A stretch of DNA of 64,000 nucleotides from an uncultured Thermoplasmata archaeon (GTDB lineage Archaea; Thermoplasmatota; Thermoplasmata; Lutacidiplasmatales; UBA184): the NCBI GenBank assembly GCA_963804525.1, contig CAWDQO010000003.1:16687-80686 (forward strand). Reading direction: 5' to 3'. Positions 60,960-64,000 of the stretch are shown one piece after another. Position 1 is the stretch's first letter; each line of letters begins with the position of its first letter. The position numbers and the translations under genes were made by a program. The notes under the pieces are model-generated. The model was not told the origin of the DNA and ran no database searches. It saw only the letters and a list, made by a program, of their open reading frames with translations.

Positions 60960-63900
60960 ATGGCGCTCCTCCGAAGGCTCTGCCTTCCGCTCTTCGTTCT
61001 CGCGCTCCTTGTCTCGCAGACCGGAATTGCTACCCTTGAAGTGGGCGACGGCCACGACCCGACTGGTTCCGCGCTCCCGACCGGCGCCCGGTCGGTGGGA
61101 TTCGAATCTGGGTTGAGCCCGAGGCACCCTGGATCGGCTCTGGGCCGTTCTTCCGGCTTGCTGCATGACTTCCTGACTTCGCCAGGGCAGCGGTCATACT
61201 CAGCTACCGTGACCGGGCCGGGCTATGTCTCAAAGACGGTCGTCCTCTACAACGAATCCGTTCAGCCAGGGACCGTGCCTGCCTACCCCGTTTCGGGTGT
61301 GGATGCACTAGCGCTGGACACGGCCAACCATCACCTCTGGGTTGTCGGGTACAACCTCGGTTCGTTGAACTTGACCACTGGGCTGGAGGATATGGGCGAG
61401 CTCGGGGGGACGTACTCGACGAGTGCGACCCACCTGCTCTACGTGCCCTCCACCGACCAGATACTCGAGATGTTCGTCACCGGGGGTAACGTCTCAGTTT
61501 ACTGGGCGAACAACGGGACGTACGTTCGAAACCTGACGCTGCCTGGCGGCCCATACGATGCCTCCTTCGATCCCGCGACCAAGGACATTTTCCTCGTGAA
61601 TCAGGGCGGCAACAATGTCTCGGTGATGAACGCGTCCAGCCTGACCACTGCGAAGTGGGTCACCGTTGGCTCCAGCCCCCAGCAGGCGGCCTATGATCCA
61701 CTCGACCACGCGATGTTCGTGTCGGTCTCCGCGGGGCACGTTTCCATCATCAACGATACCAACCTCACGGTCACCGCGGTCCCGCTCCCTCAGACCAGCG
61801 GAGGAGGCTCGGGGGATCCCACCGGACTGGTGTATGACCCCGCGAACGGATCGGTGCTCGTTTCAGAGTACAACCTCGGACGCCTTGCCGTGCTGAACGC
61901 TTCGACCGGGGCCTACGAGATGCTCGTCAAGACGCTCGCCTATCCCGGCTACTTGGCGTACGATGGTGCGAACGGCGGAGTCTACGTCCTCAATTGGTTT
62001 GGAGACAGCCTGAACATACTGAACTCGACACTCGCGTCCGTATCGAATGGTTCCGCGAGTGCAACCGCACCGCCGGTCTACGACCCCGCTGACGGCTGGA
62101 TGCTGGTCGCCGCGGGCGGTGTTGAGCGGTTCAACGCATCCTCAGACGTCCGAATCTCCAGGCTCCTTCCCTCGCAACAGGCTCCTTGGGGTATGGCGTA
62201 TGACGCGACGAACTCCTCGGTCTTCGTCGTCGGATCTTCGGGACCCTCGTCGAACGCAGGAGTCGTGAGCGCTTGGAACTCCTCGACGGGAGCGTTCGAG
62301 GGCTCACTCGGCTTCAACGAGACGAACGAACCCGTCGACGCGGCGTATGATTCCGGCACGGCCGAGGTCTACGTCTCGGACCAGGGCAGCAGCTGGATTG
62401 CCGCGTGGAACGCGACTTACCCCTACGCTCTTGTAAACCAGACCTACGTCGGCGAGAACCCGACCGGGATGGCCGTCGACCCGCGCCGGGACAGACTCGT
62501 AGTGGCCGAGGTGCAGTCCAAGAACGTCGAGGTTCTAACTGCATCGAATCTGTCTGTCGTCGCGAACGTAACGGTCGGCTGGAACCCTACCGACGTGGTC
62601 TACGTACCAATCACCGACCAATACTACGTGGCCGATTCCGGGTCCAACAACCTCTCGATAATCAACGCCTCCACGCTCAACGTCATCACCAATGTGTCGG
62701 TTGGCGGTTGCCCATTCGACGAGACGTATGACTCCGCAAGCCAGACAGTCCTAGTGACCGATTCTTGCACGAATAGCGTGACCGCCGTGAACGTCACGAC
62801 TCACGCGGCACGTAGTGTACCGGTCGGCGGCTCGCCCGAGGGGGTCGCCTTCGACTCGGTGACGGGGGGATCTACGTCGCGAATCTCTACTCGAACAACG
62901 TCACCGTCTTCAATGCCTCGAGTTTGAGCGTCGTGAACAACATCACGGTCGACGGCGGTCCGAGTGACGTTACGGTGAATCCGACGTCAGGTCGGGTCTA
63001 CGCGGCGGACTCGAACGATGACACGCTGGGGTTCATCGACCCCTGCCCCACGCCGTCGTGCTTGTCGATTACATCATTCCAGGCTGCTCCCGCTTCCTTC
63101 CTCGTGAGGGGAGGGACGAATTTGACCACCGAGCTAGATTACGCAGTCGGAAAGCCGACCTACGCCTATACCGGGTTGCCGCCTGGTTGCGCCTCCGCAA
63201 ACCGATCTGTCCTCTTCTGCCGCCCGACGACTTCGGGAAATTTCACGGTCGAGGTCAACGTCTCCGATCAGACTGGCAAGACCGTGCACGCGAACTTGAC
63301 TCTGTCCGTCGAGAGGGTCTACTACGCCGCGACCTTTTCGGAGACCGGCCTCCCCGCCGGGACGAACTGGTCGGTCGATCTGAACGGGACGGTCGAATCG
63401 TCCCTGACATCCTCGCTCGGCTTCCGCGAGCCGGCGGGAGCGTATCCCTACTCCGTCGGAGCGCCTGGCGGATACGCTGCGACGCCGCAATCTGGGAACC
63501 TCACGGTCAACTCCTCGAGCACGACTGTGGTGATTGCATTCGCCCCGGCGACCTTCGTGGTCCTGTTCGAGGAGGATGGGCTGCCGGGCGGGACGGAATG
63601 GTGGCTCGATATCACCGGCGGGACACGCGCCTCGTCTGATACGAGTACCCTTTCGTTCGAGGAGGTGAACGGCACCTACCACTACTCGGTGGCCGCTGCA
63701 AATCGGACCTTCTCCGCCGCGGGCGGATCGTTTAGGATCAACGGAACCGGATACTCCCAGACCGTCCAGTTTACCCGGGTAGACTACACTCTCTCGTTCG
63801 TGGAATCCGGCCTCCCGCCGGGGACAGCTTGGTCGGTGGCCCTGAGCGAGAGCTCTGCTCCGTCATTGTCGACTACGAATACGGTAGCCTTCCGCGTGCC

Positions 63901-64000
63901 GAATGGAACGTACACGTACGAGATCGCGGGAGTTCAAGGCTGGAGTACGCCCCAGTACACCGGACGGGTCCAGGTGCTGGGCCAGGGAACTCCCACGATT
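60960..64000 (+). CDS. Second giant YVTN-propeller / GLPxGTxW-module surface protein; frame broken at the G-run 62864-62869; 3' end beyond the window
   Basis: The start is the ATG at codon 73 of ORF 60744..62927. The signal peptide is MALLRRLCLPLFVLALLVSQTG. YVTN repeats are of the type NNVSVMNASSLT, GHVSIINDTNLT and NNLSIINASTLNVITNVSVGG. After AFDSVTGG the text continues in the -1 frame as IYVANLYSNNVTVFNASSL..., and that frame stays open to 64000. Modules YYAATFSETGLPAGTNWSV, FVVLFEEDGLPGGTEWWL and YTLSFVESGLPPGTAWSV start at about 63310, 63550 and 63785. Confidence 0.8.

Noticed and set aside
1-64000. CRISPR arrays, rRNA genes, transposases/IS elements and integrases.
   Set aside because: I noticed no regularly spaced direct repeats, no rRNA-like conserved stretches and no DDE, serine or tyrosine recombinase motifs in any credible ORF. 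The minus-strand ORFs 32647..33297 and 32784..33239 were examined as possible integrase remnants, but they show no R..H..R..Y-type motifs.

Overview
The window is very GC-rich, with third codon positions almost always G or C. It appears to be archaeal chromosomal DNA, possibly from a high-GC Thermoplasmata-like lineage; that lineage guess is inference only.

The archaeal assignment rests on four points:
- AT-rich TATA-like boxes sit about 24-33 nt upstream of many start codons, which fits leaderless mRNAs.
- Deoxyhypusine synthase, an archaeal-type short TIM, ComA and pyrBI are present.
- There are many N-glycosylation-sequon-rich PKD, YVTN and Kelch surface proteins with C-terminal TM anchors.
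- Start/stop overlaps of the ATGA or GTGA type occur in operons.

I recognise about 57 protein-coding genes and no rRNA, tRNA or CRISPR array.

Housekeeping content:
- An ABC-2 exporter operon.
- A complete 2-oxoacid dehydrogenase operon (E1a-E1b-E2-extra E1a-E3), followed by lipB.
- tpiA and a ROK glucokinase.
- ilvE, tldD/pmbA, pyrBI and dys.

Accessory content:
- A co-directional cluster of a SAM-methyltransferase, a membrane/coiled-coil/pseudo-KaiC protein, a PKD glycoprotein and a PKD-TM-winged-helix regulator.
- A three-gene extracytoplasmic thiol-disulfide module.
- A ComA-winged-helix fusion.
- A secreted protein made of two copies of an unrecognised domain.
- Two AAA/STAND-TPR proteins.
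- A vapBC toxin-antitoxin pair with a palindromic operator.
- Two giant YVTN surface proteins carrying a GLPxGTxW tandem module.
- Two ORF-poor, lower-GC patches.

At least nine genes need a +1 or -1 correction to read through. Most of these sites are in short G or C runs, and two are at the identical 8-mer CCAGGTAC. I read this as systematic indel error rather than biology, but it needs checking.

All family calls come from motifs I can read in the translations. No database search was possible. The supplied ORF track uses GTG and TTG starts, and many of its long R/P/G-rich ORFs are shadow frames.
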